From contig NC_086108.1 in assembly GCF_963921235.1 (NCBI RefSeq), forward strand, positions 40,674,001 to 40,738,000: 64,000 bases of DNA. The letters run 5' to 3'. This document shows, one piece after another, positions 13,560 through 26,771 of the stretch. Origin of the DNA: Mobula hypostoma (Eukaryota). The translations under genes and the position numbers were made by a program. Position 1 is the first letter of the stretch; each line of letters starts with the position of its first letter. Under the pieces are notes generated by a model, which had not been told where the DNA came from, ran no database searches, and was given only the letters and a program-made list of their open reading frames with translations.

Positions 13560-15240
13560 ATTCAAGAGTCATGATTCAAGACTCAAGGTTGTTTAATGTA
13601 ATTTCCTGTATACAAGTGTAAAGGAGAACAAAATAATTGTTACTCTCGATCTGATACAGCACAAATGATAAAGAACTCAATACACAATAATTATAAATAC
13701 ATAAAATGGCTTATACACTTTGATTGATTTTATGTCCATAAAATGACTCCAGGCTGTGCATAAGGTGACTGACAGGAAATAAAGTTGTAGTGGAGGTGTG
13801 GATCAGCCTTACTGCTTGGGGAAAGTAACTGAGTCCGGTGGTCCTGGCATGGATACTATGAAGCCTCCTCCCTGACGGAGTGGGACAAACAGTCTATGAG
13901 CAGGGTGGGTGAGATCCTTCACGATGTTACTGGCCCTCGTCTGCAACCTTTCTGAATACATGTCCTCAACGGTGGATAGGCTAGTGCTGGTGATGCTTTA
14001 AGCAGTTTTGACTACCCACTGTAGAGCCTTTCTGTCCACTGCAGTGCAGTTTCCGCATCACGCAGTCATGCAGCTTGTCTGTAGAATGACGCGAGTATGG
14101 ATGTACAAAGCCCGGCTCTCTTTAGCCTCCTCAAGAAGTAGAAGAGGCTAAAGGGATGAAGTGCTTCAAGTTTCCACTGTTGTGCCGCCGATGTAAAGGG
14201 CGGGGGTGGGGGTGGGGTGAGTGGTGCAAATTGTCCTGAAATACATAACCTTCTCCTTTGTTTTGTTAACATTAAGGAAGAGGTTATTTGCCAAACACCA
14301 GGCCTCTAGCTCTTCCACCTCCTCCCTGTAGGCCATTCCATTGCTGTCGGTAATGAGCCCACTACTGTTGTATCAACAATGAACTTGACAATGTGATTGC
14401 TGGGGTGTTTGGCCGTACAGTCACGTGTGAGCAGAGTGTACAGCAACAGGCTCAGCACACTGCCCTGGGGAGCACCCGCGTTAACAGCGATGTGCAGGAG
14501 GAGCAGTTGTGCATCCTGACTATCTGAGGTCTGTTCGTTAGGAAGTCCAACACCCAGTTCACAGTGATAGATTTAGACTGAGGAGTAGGTGTTTGCTCAC
14601 CAAGTCAGTGAGACAAAAGTGTTCTGAAATCTAGAAACAGCATTCATAGCCAGGTGCATGATAGATGCTATGACATCTGCCATAGAGCGGTTCTGACTGT
14701 AAGCATATTGGTGAGTGTCCAATGTAGCAGGGATGGTGTTTTTGATATGCGCCATTATAGGTGTTCAATGCACTTCATGATGATTGGAGTCAATGCCATT
14801 GGGTTGTAGACATTTAGTTCTAAAGGTTAGTTATTTGGTACAGGGATGATGGTGGTTGATTTGAAGTATGTGGGGACAGCAGCCTGGATAGGCGAAGTGT
14901 TGAAGATGTCCATGAAGACATCAGTGAACTGGTGTGCACACTCCCGGGGTACTCGGCCTGGGATGTTGTCCGGCCCGGTTGACTCCCTGCAGAATCCTGC
15001 TGTGACAGAGTGGCTGCTCACCTGGGAGGAATTGGCCCAGCTTTGTGTTGCATGCCTCGAAGCATGCATAGAAGTTGTTTAGAGCATCAGAGAGGGAAGT
15101 ATCACTGGTACAGTCAATGCAGTTTCCCCCCCTCCCCCCTTTGTGTAGTCTGTATTGCCCTTGATGCCCTGCCACATATGCTAGGGATCGCTATCGGACA
15201 GGTGTCCATAACACAGTCCCTGCCCCAAAAATAGTTCAGG
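13560..15240 (-). mobile_element. Rex1/Babar-type LINE fragment (decayed RT)
   Basis: Minus-strand peptide [47 protein letters not shown], a degenerate NHIVKF..DTTVVG near 14.36-14.40 kb, and a ttcaaga tail repeat at ~13560-13590. Confidence 0.9.
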
Positions 15241-16935
15241 AAGGTACCTGTTGAGTACCCTGGTTCAGATTCTTTAAAACTTCCAACCCTTGCAAGTATT
15301 TTTCAAAAAAAAAGAGAAGAGAAGAGAATTAGGTTCTCCAGGAGCTATCCCTTTCTTGGAGCACTTAGAGGAATAGTTCTGGAGGCTGGAAGCCTTTTCC
15401 TTGTAGAAGATGGTTACAGCAACTTCCTTACAAGTCATATAGGGAAGAACTATTCAATAACTTAATTACAATAATGAGTATCACCGTGGTAATTTTTTCA
15501 GATGGGAATGGATCATTTTCATCCCAAGTAGAAGCTTAATGAACACATTAATAGTTGGCTGGAAACTTACAGAATCACCTTATACACTTCTCTTGGTACA
15601 GCTGGAATTAGAATGGAAGTCAGGAAAAAAATTCCTCACGGATATATTTAGGGAGAGTTATCTACTATCTACTATCTGATGCTACTATCTGAGCATCAAC
15701 ATTTTCCGTTGATGAGACACCCACCACAGCATTTGGTACACACCTGTACTAGAATTAGAGGACATCAGAAACTACTTTACCTGGGGCACGTTAAGTTACA
15801 GGAGGCTGATTATTTTCATGCTACAACCTGTCAAACACTGGCATATTTGAAATGAATCCAAGTTACTCAAGGAAGGGCTCGAAACCCAGGGGCTACTTTT
15901 CTAACTTTACTGAGTAGCACATGTCGTTTCTTCAAAAAGAAAATGAAAACACGTACTGAAATCCTAATGCCAAATGGAGACTGAAACCAAGAAATTCTCA
16001 AAATATCCCCCCAGTGTTCAAATCAATATTGCATGGATCATCTTCAATTCAGGTTCTAATCTAAAACAGGTGCAAAAATGGCTAGTCCATGCAACAGCTT
16101 TCAATGGGAAAAAAAAAATCAGGCAATAATTATTGTGCCCCGATTTCCCTGAAGTAGGAATAGTGACTTGGTGGAAGGAAATTACTTTTCTGAGCAGGAG
16201 GCTGGTGCATTTTATTAAGTTCAATGCAAAGCAATTTTCAATTGCACATGTGACAGAATTCTTAAAGTCAAACAATACCAGAACCCATTTCTACAGGATG
16301 CCAGAAATTTAAAAATTGATGATAATCACTGCTTTGAACATGCTGAAGGACAACCTTGGTTCGTGATTTGGAGTTTTTATAGAGAGGCTACAGGAATAGA
16401 AGTTGCCATTCTTGCAATGTAAATCTTATGATATTGCTCCATCTTCATCAAACTCAATAGGGTGATCCTAGATCTGTTCTAACTAGATTTCACAAAAGTG
16501 TAAAGCATATTGGTTTAAATGACTACAAGACTGAAAAATTGCATTTGATAGCTTGAATTGTTCAAATTATTTTCAAAGTTCGCAAGAAAATGGTCACTGC
16601 ACCAGATTTTCTGTCTGATTCTTCATCTCACCCTCTCTACTTCTTTTGCAAAACTAATCGTAAAACTAAACATTTCTACACTCTCATACATATTCAATCA
16701 CACTGTGGAATGAAAATATACAGCCATGGTAGTTCTCTACTCTTTTGGCTATCTCCACTAAGCTATTCAATCCTAATTCCAACTATGCTTCTTTTCCCAG
16801 ACTTTCAAATATAAAAAAACACCCTGAACTCCGGATCTGAAGCAGAACAAAGTTTGTATGAAGCTTTTCATCAGCATCAAGGCTAAAATTCATGGGAGGA
16901 TACCTCTTTTCTAGAAAAGGAACCAGTGAGGAGTA

Positions 16936-17040
16936 TTTAAACGCAAACAACAGGAATTCTGCAGATGCTGGAAATTCAAGCAACATACATCAAAGTTGCT
17001 GGTGAACGCAGCAGGCCAAGCAGCATCTATAGGAAGAGGA
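16936..17040 (-). mobile_element. Short PLE terminal-repeat fragment
   Basis: aaagttgctggtgaacgcagcaggcc is the reverse complement of 53407-53432. Possible TSD gaggagta at 16928-16935 and 17036-17043. Confidence 0.8.
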
Positions 17041-17051
17041 GTAAGCACTTC

Positions 17052-17336
17052 GGGGCACCATGGTAGTGTAGTGGTTAATGCAACGCTATTACAGCTCAGG
17101 GCGTCAGAGTTTGGAGTTCAATTCCAGCGTCATCAGTAAGAGACTTAGTATGGCGTGTGCATGCATGTTTCCTATGTGTCCTTTGGTTTCCACCCAGTAG
17201 GTTAAGTAGGTTAATTTGTCATTGTAATTTGTCCTGTAATTAGGCTAGGGTTCAGTTGGTGGATTAGTGGCGTGGCCCATTGTGCTCGAACAGGCTGTTT
17301 CATACTGTACCTCTGAATAAAAAAATATAATAAATA
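17052..17336 (+). mobile_element. tRNA-derived V-domain (HE1-like) SINE
   Basis: A-box-like gtagtgtagtgg, B-box gagttcaattcc, a degenerate V core, and a CR1-like tail with an A-rich end. Confidence 0.75.
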
Positions 17337-18938
17337 GCCATGTCATCATCTCCGCACTTCCCTGCCATACATAAATTTGCCTTTACCCATCCTGAAATCC
17401 CAGCTTTCGTGTGCTGGGAACATCCACCCAGTGGGAGTCAACTGCACCAAAGGGTGGAAATGCTGCAAGAAGTTGATGGAGAAAATGTGGAGGGAATATG
17501 CAGGGCAAAGCAAAGGGGATAAAACAGAATAGAAAACTAACAATGAACACTGGAAAAAAAAGAGACTGCACAAGCGCTCTGTCTGTGGCATCACTTACAA
17601 AGTCCGTTTATCTCAACAGCACAGTGACAGAGGCAACGTAGAAAGTAAAAAGGATGGAGGGAGTGGAGATATCATCAAGGCAGTAGTAATGCATGCAACT
17701 AAACTGAAAAGGCGGCAAGTGACAAAACAGACTCCAAACCTAATTCAGGGAAGAGACAAGAGGCGCACCCTTGACTGGAGCCAGAGACAGGAACTGATAT
17801 CCATTTATGGGTAGGGTGTGATCTGATATGGGAGTGGAATTCATCCACTGTTGCCAGAGGCAAGCACACAGTACAGCAGGAATTGTATGCCTACAGACAA
17901 TGCCAGCAACAGAGATTGAGTGGTTCTCCCCGCTCGAAATGGAACAGCCTCTGCCAGGCCCCTGTAATTATACAGCAACGCGAAGAGGGAATACACCAGC
18001 AATTTGAAGAAGCTGCTTTGAGTTTATGTATTCCGCAAATCTCTTCAAAGGAAATAAGAATCCCGATTGGAAAAAGACATGTACAGTGCTCCGATACTAG
18101 CTCAAAGAGATAAAGAAGTTCTCATTCCACCAAGGCACCTTGAATATTTTATTTGTTGAAGGCAGCTGAGGAGCATGAAAAGAAGATGAGAGGGTTGTTG
18201 CAGCACAGACAGACTGTAATGAGAGACTGGAGAATATGTTGAGGTTTTATTGTGACTGGGAAAATCCAGAAGTCTGTAATTTAAATACCATTATTAGGAG
18301 AGCAAGGTAGAAGGACACTTGACTCTGGTGGTGGTATGACAGAGCTTGCAGCCTCACTTGGATGTCTGATCAAACTGGTGCCTGTGACTTGACAGTAAAT
18401 TAAATATACTGCTGTTGTCAGACACTGCTGTTCTGCCACTGAATAATTATGTCTGTCAGATAATGAAGAGTTATTTTAAGCTAAGCACATCACATGTACT
18501 CATTTTCTTTACTTTTCTCAGTAAATTATTTCCACTGTGACATCTCCCTGATTAGTTCAGACTATACTGACCAAACCAAGATATAAAATAGGCACAAATC
18601 ATTTCATTCTAATTTTAGATAAGCACGGTGCCACTTTGTCAACTAAATCTGTTCTTCCAGTTATACTTAAAATTACATAGTGGTGAAAGTTCAATCATTC
18701 CACTTACCAAACTTCCCCTGTTAAATGAAAGCAACCATACAAATTTTGTTGGGTTATTTTGAGTTATTTTTGCCTGCAGAGGATCAGAGGCATTTCATTC
18801 TACTTTGCACCTAGTAATTTTTCACTACTCTTTTCAACTTTAAGATCATGAGAAGAGAAGCAGACAGTCCAGTTCTTCAAGGGTGCTCCACCATAGGAGG
18901 GAACAGTGCCTCAGTTCCAAAGTTTTATATTGCTAGAT

Positions 18939-20249
18939 CAGACATCCCACCTCTCCTGGAAGATCTGGGAGTCTCCTGCATATCGATAGTGGCTCCCTGA
19001 TGCCTGGAAATTATATACAATATCCCGGAAATAGATTTTTTTGAGAGGGAGAGGGAGAGCGAGCATCCTGATTGGTCTGTCTTTGTGCTAAGCGTGGTCC
19101 CCCACCACTGGGCCGTGAGGAAACTATGATTTGGCGATATGAAACGATACGAGTCATTTGCACCTTTCCTCATTCCCTGTCACACACTGTTGAACTTGAA
19201 CGCACGCGAGGTCATTATGCGCGCGTCATCCATGTCAGCGCGGGAAAAAGATCAACTCCTCGAGCTTGTAAATGACAGTGGGCTGAAAAGTATGTTTGAC
19301 ATAACATCTCTGCCGGCATTCTGGGTCAACAGCATTCTTGATCAAAGTCAAGATATCCTAAGATAGCCACGGAAGCACTGAAAACATTGCTTCCATTTCC
19401 AATACCATATCGCTGCGAAGTGGAGTTTTCTGCAATGAATGCAACGAAAACTGAATTGCGGAATAGACTGGACATAAGGAACCCCGTTCGAGTATCGCTG
19501 TCTCCCATCATCCCTCGATAGGACCGTCTTGTTGCAGGGAAACAAGCCCAGGGCTCCCACTGATTCAGCGATATTGGTGTGTTGCAATGATTTTATATGT
19601 TCATACAGGGAAAGTATGCACTGTGTGTTTAATATCCAAACGTTACTTAAAATGTTATGATGCTATTGACTTATCACCTATATTCCGGTCATGATTAACA
19701 CCCCCCGTCAGCTGGTCCGCAAGAATATTGTCATTATTAATCCGGTCTGCGGTGCACAAAATGTTGGGGACCCCTGCTAAGTAGACCTATCAGTTTTCTC
19801 TGTGGGCGGGCTTTACAATCGACCTCAAAAATAATGACAGTGTTGCTCGCTGCACTGTTTGCAACAGCGACTTTTCTATTGCCCATGGTGAGTTAAAATG
19901 TAAAAGACATGTTTAGGTGAATTTAACAGGTGTCATTACAGCATAGCTAACGTTATTTAAACTAGCTGGCTAGCTGCTAAGGAGCTCTCTATTGATGTCC
20001 TACTTGATGAGGCCAAACTCCCTGTAGACTTGCTTAAAGTTGTAATAGAATAAACATGATAATAGAATAGAATATAAGTACATATTTTAATGTCACATTT
20101 GCTGCATATACCCAACATGGTTTACAGATTAGACAAAAACACTAAACAAAGTATTACATACACCCTTGGAGGTCGACGGTGGGTGGGGGGTGCGGGGGTG
20201 CTACCTCCCTGGAATGAGTTTTTGCAGGGTGGGAAGGGTGGGATGCCTG
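18939..20249 (+). mobile_element. Non-autonomous DNA transposon (probably hAT) with a residual zinc-finger-like transposase N-terminus
   Basis: TIRs cagacatcccacc (18939-18951) / ggtgggatgcctg (20237-20249). 19830-19913 translates NNDSVARCTVCNSDFSIAHGELKCKRHV (BED-finger-like). Confidence 0.7.
19093..19776 (+). mobile_element. Internally deleted hAT Charlie/Buster transposon
   Basis: Ends cgtggtcccc... and ...ggggacccctg. 19232-19563 encodes a disrupted hAT dimerisation domain (DQLLEL..DSGLK..F...SLPAFW / YPKIATEALKTLLPFP..Y.CE..FSAM..TKT..RNRLD...KQAQGSH*). Confidence 0.9.
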
Positions 20250-23200
20250 ATAGATAGTTATGCTCAAAATGGGTCAATTGCTTTCATAATAAGCCCTCTT
20301 GCCTAACATCGGCGGCCTTAAAAGATCTCCAGCTTTCCACTACCAAAAACTAAAGGAAACCTAGAGTACAAAACAACCAGTGAGTTGCAGAAGGTAAACT
20401 AAACCAATGAACAAAAAAAAATTAAGTAACTTCTTTTTACTGCTGTTGATTAAGAAGCCTCCGAGGTGGTACAAATAGGGCTTGTCACTCGTGTATGGAG
20501 ACACTGGTTTAGAGTGCAGTCTACATAAATGCATCTTTGATAATGCAGCTCTTTTACAGTACTGCACCGTGGCATCCTTGTTTTGTGCTCCGGAGCCCAC
20601 AGAATTTGGAATCCAGCACGCTGCCTCTGATTCAGAGACAAGCCTGCTCCAACTTCTTTCATTAAAATGTCTTTACAGCTGCTGAGCCATTGTGGGAAAC
20701 AATGCAGTTTAAAAAAAACATTATCTTAATGCATCATCATTCACTTTAGATTTTTGTATGAAAACAAACATCCTGCATGCATTACAGAATGAATAAGCCA
20801 TGCATAAAAGCTATCTTCAAATATTTTATTCTTGCTGACTGCAATAATAGTCAGCTTTCTCTGCTGTCGTATATGGTTAGGCTCAAGTCCCACAGACATT
20901 AGATCATAGCCACTTCACTGTAGATTCATTGTCCTTTATAGTCTTAGTTTGCTTACCTATAAGTGTTCTTAGTACAGTAATGGATTAGTTGTAGTAACCT
21001 GCTTTCCTGATTTAATATCTTTAATTTGAATGAAACGCTGTTACATAGGCAATTTTTATTTAATTGTCATCTTTCATAATGATACTGTCTTATAATAACC
21101 CAAAAACTAAAGAATAGTTGAGTTTAAGATGTTCAATCAGTTTTATGTATTTAATTCTAATTAAGGTTTGCTGTTCTTTAGTTATTGAAATCCCAATAGT
21201 GCAGATGTTTTGAATGAAACTACTTTTGGATGACTTATTGGTGTCTTTAAAGAGAGGGTGTACATTCTGTAAAAAGTTTAAACTCTTTTTTGGATAAAAC
21301 TACCCGCTTCCTTGTCCAAATGCTACCTACTCCTAGATATTTTTGAGAATGGCTGTGGAATTACATCATTTAAGACCTTAGTTGAATCCTGATGTTATCA
21401 TAGCACATTTATTAGAGGTAATGCTGGTAATTATTGTACACTGAACACAAGCATTTTCTGGCAACCTTACAAGCCTGTCTGCAATTTAATCTTGCAATTG
21501 TGAGCCAGTAATGGATGCCAATAGGCTGTCCTGTGTTCAGTAAGTACTTACAGAAACTGTATTCTCAACTCATTTATTTGCTATTAAACATGCTCTTTTG
21601 CAGCATTCCATGTGAACAGCTTTCTAATTTTCTGTCAGCAAAGATCCTTGCATCTGACTTTTGATAGAAGGACTAAAGAATGATTAAAAAAGCATATTGG
21701 ATTAAATAAATCTTTATGATGACTGCTTGGCAAGATCTCATATGAAATAATCTTAATACCAGAGTAACAAATCACTTGAGCTTTGAATGAAATGACTTTT
21801 GGTTGTCTTCTTAATGTTGGTACATTACTTCTCATGAACCATCAGCTGTTAGGTTAACAACTTCTGACTCACCTCATCCAGAAATTTGCAATCTTTCAAC
21901 ACTGGATCACAAAATATAGGAGCAGAATTAGGCAGTTCAGTGCATCAAATCTCATTTCATAATTCAGTTTACTCCAGCAGTCGGATAAATGAGTGACCAT
22001 TACTACAACCATTTACTTGACATGTGCAGTTAGTTAAAATAAAAATTGAGCTGTAGTGTTTAAGAAAGATGCAGACTTCCATTTGCATGTATTAAATGGT
22101 ACCTTTGTCTGTCATGTTTATTTGTGCTGAGAAATGTGGTTAGTTTCCCTGAACAAAACATTTTTATTTTGCTTGAATTACCACATTCCGACTGCATGGA
22201 AATTTGAACAGAGTCTTTTTCCCTTCTTCACAATCCACTCTCCAGAGGTTTCAAGCTGCCTAATTTGCATTGTCTGCAAATAATCATTTTGAGTGCTCTT
22301 CATTAATTTGGAACTGCAATTTTCAGAAAAGAAAAGAATCTTTAAGAAAACATACTAAGGAATCGTTAACTTGGACAATTCCTGCTAGATTTTAGCAGCA
22401 CATGGGGAAATGTGTAGAAGAGATACTGACCACCACCCCCCCACCACCTCCCATGACTTGAAAAATCTTTGTTGACACGTTAAATATACTGCTGAAGCAT
22501 ATTAGACTAATGAGTGATGTTCATCTTGTTGCTTTCATCTCATCAGACAAGGCAAATAGTTTACTCAAAATGACTTTGAAAATATTCACAGGCTAAGTAG
22601 TCCATGAGTGAAATCTTTCACTGAATGGTCACAGGTGAATGGTATACATTTGTTGTTTTGTACATTTTAAAGTTCACCGCCAACATAGTGAAATAATTAC
22701 AGCAGTATTCCCATTTTCCCCTATTAAAGCCTGTTTTATAAAAGGCTACATTATGCTAAACGTTGTACAACACTACAGTAGCTCTTTTGTCTGCAGTGTG
22801 AAAGATCCATATCTGGTAAGCACTGTAGGGTGAAAGAGTTCAGAAAGACTCAGGATTGAAAGAATGCAAAAACAGTGTCACTAGGTTCAATACAGTTAAC
22901 TACTTATGCTTAGCACTGATTGGACAGCCTTGTTTAATAAAACACTCTAAATGAATAGCACAACGTGACAAATTAAATGACAAATCCAGCTAGCATTACC
23001 TTCCGTACTTGTTCATACTGTACATTAGATGACTGAACTTCCTAAGTAAAATCATCAGAAAGTACTATGCTCTCTTGCATGTGAATTAATATCCCTGGTG
23101 AAAATACAGTTTTACTGTTTATGACACTATTCAGCAGTTTTGTTGTGAATACTTGAACAGGGAACAAAGACTTGTTCATGGACCTCACCTAAATAAACAC

Positions 23201-23334
23201 GGAGGCAGCCTCATCCACCATAAAATATGCAAAAACTGTTTCAGACTACCAATAGTTTTTTTTTAAACTTTCAATATTCAGCATGCTTTCATATTTCCTG
23301 TGGTTTTGAGAATAACTTAAATTTATAAAGTCCC

Positions 23335-23640
23335 CTCCACAACCTCATGATGTCTTGATGTACCTAACAGAATGTTTTGGAAGCAGTTACAATTGCAAGA
23401 TGCGGAAGTCCAGGGGCATTTAAGCACCACCAAATGCCACAAACTTCATTGCAATCAATGCTACAGGATGTTGGATGAGGGATAAATATTCACCAGAACA
23501 GTAAGAATAACTCCACTACTGTGTTTTGTATAGCGGCACAGGATTTTCATTTCCACCCAGCTGAGCAGATCGGACCTCAGTCTACTGTTCCATCTGAAAG
23601 AATCCATCCCTTGAATATGGAACACTGTCAATGCAAATAG
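23335..23640 (-). mobile_element. Old Deu-domain SINE
   Basis: gagggataaatattcaccagaac...ggattttcatttccacccagctgagcagatcggacctcagt...catctgaaaga resembles the antisense Deu domain. Related copies at 43.9, 47.9 and 60.0 kb. Confidence 0.65.
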
Positions 23641-26600
23641 AAGGTAGTTTTTTCGAATAATCCCAAAACAGGATCATCAATGTTCTGGTATCGAATGCAT
23701 GCACAAGGCTAAATACTAGCCTGCTAATATCTTGATTTTAAGAAAATTCTTGGATGAACACAATCATCATCTTTGGATCAGTTTTGTTTTAAAACCCCTG
23801 ATAGCATGTTTTCCTATGTTGGCTGGCATTGAAGCTTGTACTCCACACACCCTATAATTTTTAGGGCATAAAAGAACTCACATGTTTATTCACTTTAGGC
23901 ATTCTTAGCAGATGTAAAACTGACTAAAGGGGGATTAGACAGAGATATGTTTGTCTGTCGCAAGATTTCTTAAAAGCTGTAATTGGCAGTTAGATAAAAC
24001 AAAATAAACGCATACTTTCGACTCCTCTTTACTTGAGACAAAATGAGGTCCAATCTATAAATATCATTTTCTTCTACAGCTTGGAAACAAGTAAGCAGCA
24101 CACCATTGATTGTAAGGGCATTATGAATTAAATAGTGCAACGCTTTAAAAAATGGGTTATGATCTCCTGCAAAGCTGTTTGATGCAATTAAAACTTCTAA
24201 ACAATCAAAAATGGCAAAAGATGAACCAAACTTTGTCTCTTCCAAAAGTAAATAATTTCTTTTTTAACGATTTAGCCTAAGTCAATTTGCAGATCACCTA
24301 AGAGCTGAAGTACCAAAAAAAAGTGGATATACAGAACAAAATACAAAACTAAGAGCAAATTAGGAATTGTTGCAAATTGTGTCAAAGCAGCTACAAATCA
24401 CAATGGAGCTACACTGCTCACTTTCAGGTGAGGCGCTTAAAGTTCCTGCCAAGGAGTACTGAGAGATAATTTGTCAAACTATAGACAAAGCGTTGCTTTT
24501 GATGTATTATGACAGATTACAGTGGCAGTGAAAATCCTAAAACTGCTGTCTAACTGTAGCTTAACAATTGTTTTGAACAGGTTTAATGCTGGCAATTTCC
24601 TCTTGAATTTCACAATTTTATTAAATGCCAGTTGTTACTCAGCTTTGTACTGCGCTAAAGAATCTTCTGAAAAATTCTTTGTTCATTCGCTACATTGTTC
24701 CACACATCTAACTCTGCGGTATGGTTCTCAATCTACCTAAAGAGATTTGTAGTAACAGATTTTATTCACTGCTTGCATGTAGCACTTTGAACTGTGTATC
24801 ATCTTATAGAAAATTAAAATATACAATATGTGAACAGGTGCATGACAAAGATCCAGATTTGGATTAAAGATTCATTCTAATCTGCTCTGAAGAATACAAT
24901 CCTTTTAAAATGACTAAATAGTCGCTAGCCCAAGATGTATGCCAAATCTGAATCAATGTTGCTCCAGTTTTCACAATGTCTAGTATTTAATGAGATGAAT
25001 AAATCATCTCTAGGGCAGAACCAGGCAAAGCTGATTTTTATCCCAGTTTAATCAAACCTACTAGCTTTGGATTAGCTCACAACTGATCTACTTGGCGTCA
25101 GATTTGCACTCATCCTTGGTACCAAGGATCAGGAAGGACATTAGTCAATGAATTAACGTTAACTGAAATTCAGAAGAATGGTGCAAACACCAGACAGACA
25201 ATTGCCCTATTTAAAGCTACATTTGCCGAACAATCCACTGTTTGTATTATTCCCAGAGACACAAAAAACATTTATTCTCACCCACAGCCAATCACATTAA
25301 GTACCTCCAAAGCAGCTAGAAAGTCAATCTTAACGGTTTTCAGAAAATGGAAGAATGACACCTAAAATTGTCAGAAATTAAAAAGGCAGAAATGCTTGAC
25401 AGAAAGGAACAAGCGGAACACATTTTGAACAAGAAGCATGCATCATCTTAGTTTGTATTCTGTGAACAATGGAGAGGAGTGGGTTCAGATAACATTGAAA
25501 ACCTGCTTGGAAACAAGTTACTATCAGCAAAGAGCTGTAGATAAAGCACAGATCAACACCAGGTAAGTGACCAGAGCAGTGCTCCTGCAAAAACTGGTAC
25601 TGGAAGGAAAGTTATTTCAACATGCTTTAGGAATCTGGACCTAGGGAAGGCACATCATTGTAAAGTGGACATCTCCATATCCTCTTCCTTTCATGTTGAA
25701 AAACATCCCATTTATTCGCAAAGGAATGGAAACTTCCAACACCGAACAGCAGTCAAAGCTGTGAATTACTGCTACATAAGAAAGATGGACAAAAAATAAT
25801 TGCAAGAGAAGCCAGAGAATGGAATCTCCTAGTGAATGAGCAGAGACAGGACGTAAAGCAGCTGGAGGGTGTGAAGCTTGTAAAACGAAAACACTTCTTG
25901 CTTCTTTTAAAAATAGAGATGCAGGAATTGTTCACTGGACTTCGTAATTCCCAGTTCCCAGAAATCAGGTTCGGCACCATTTCTCACAGTTGTAGCAACC
26001 ACAGAAAGGCCATTAAAATGACAGCTTTCAGACTGCCTGAACCTCTTATTTTCTGCAACTATAATCTTCTAGTTTATGTCCGTCTGACCACTTTAGCAGG
26101 CTGATTCAAAATATGCAGTGTGGATTCTGTAGGAAAAGGCAGACCTAAAAGAAAGCCTAGGGACAGCAGGGGGGAAAAAAACAACTTTCAAGGGAGGGGG
26201 GTAAAAGTGGGTGTTGGAAAGCAAAATAGAAAGAATTATAAGGGTTTATCAATTGAGTGTGTAGCTTATACATAGCATGTTTATTAACAAAATATTTAAT
26301 AACTACTCCGAAGCATTTATTTGTGAAAAGAGCAAGATCAGAAAGCTTCAGCTAGGCATTCTGAGACACAGGAAGAACAGGAGTCCATGCAGAGGGTTAT
26401 TTTTACCTCCTCTAGAATGGTATTCAGAGTCCATTTTATTGAGGCATCCGTGTTTCTCAGCACCTGCTTGATGGCAGACAGTTTGAAGCCACAACAAACA
26501 GCAATTACAGCCCATGTGCAGTAAGTAAAAGGATAACAAAATATTCTAACTTCCAGTGGCGCATCGGCTTAAGACTCGACTCAGAATAATAGTGTGGCTC

Positions 26601-26685
26601 CAGTCATTATGATTTTTCCAGTTTAATGGGCTAATCTGTGTCTGTGCCTTCAAGGCAAGAACACATGGCAATGTACCGCCCTTAC

Positions 26686-26771
26686 CTTAGTGTAGATCAG
26701 CCAGAAATGCCTTCAGTCACATCCCTCTTTTGCTAGACTTAACTGCTCAAAGGCGTAGAGATTCAAGTAGC
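26686..26771 (-). other. Candidate 86-nt internal exon, probably 5'UTR or lncRNA
   Basis: Minus strand: acceptor ttttcttgtcctctag|GCTAC and donor CTAAG|gtaagg. Stops in all three frames. Non-repetitive context. Confidence 0.45.

Noticed and set aside
19139..19563. Domesticated ZBED/Buster-type gene
   Set aside because: Only the C-terminal fragment is present, with a frameshift and an internal stop, between transposon ends.
23000..23041. 42-nt minus-strand micro-exon candidate (ttttacttag|GAAG...GAAG|gtaatg; EVQSSNVQYEQVRK)
   Set aside because: Splice sites are plausible, but the peptide is unrecognised and such matches are expected by chance in 64 kb.
25438..25568. Plus-strand ATG frame open up to a CAG|gtaagt donor
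   Set aside because: No promoter context, no recognisable peptide and no partner exons.
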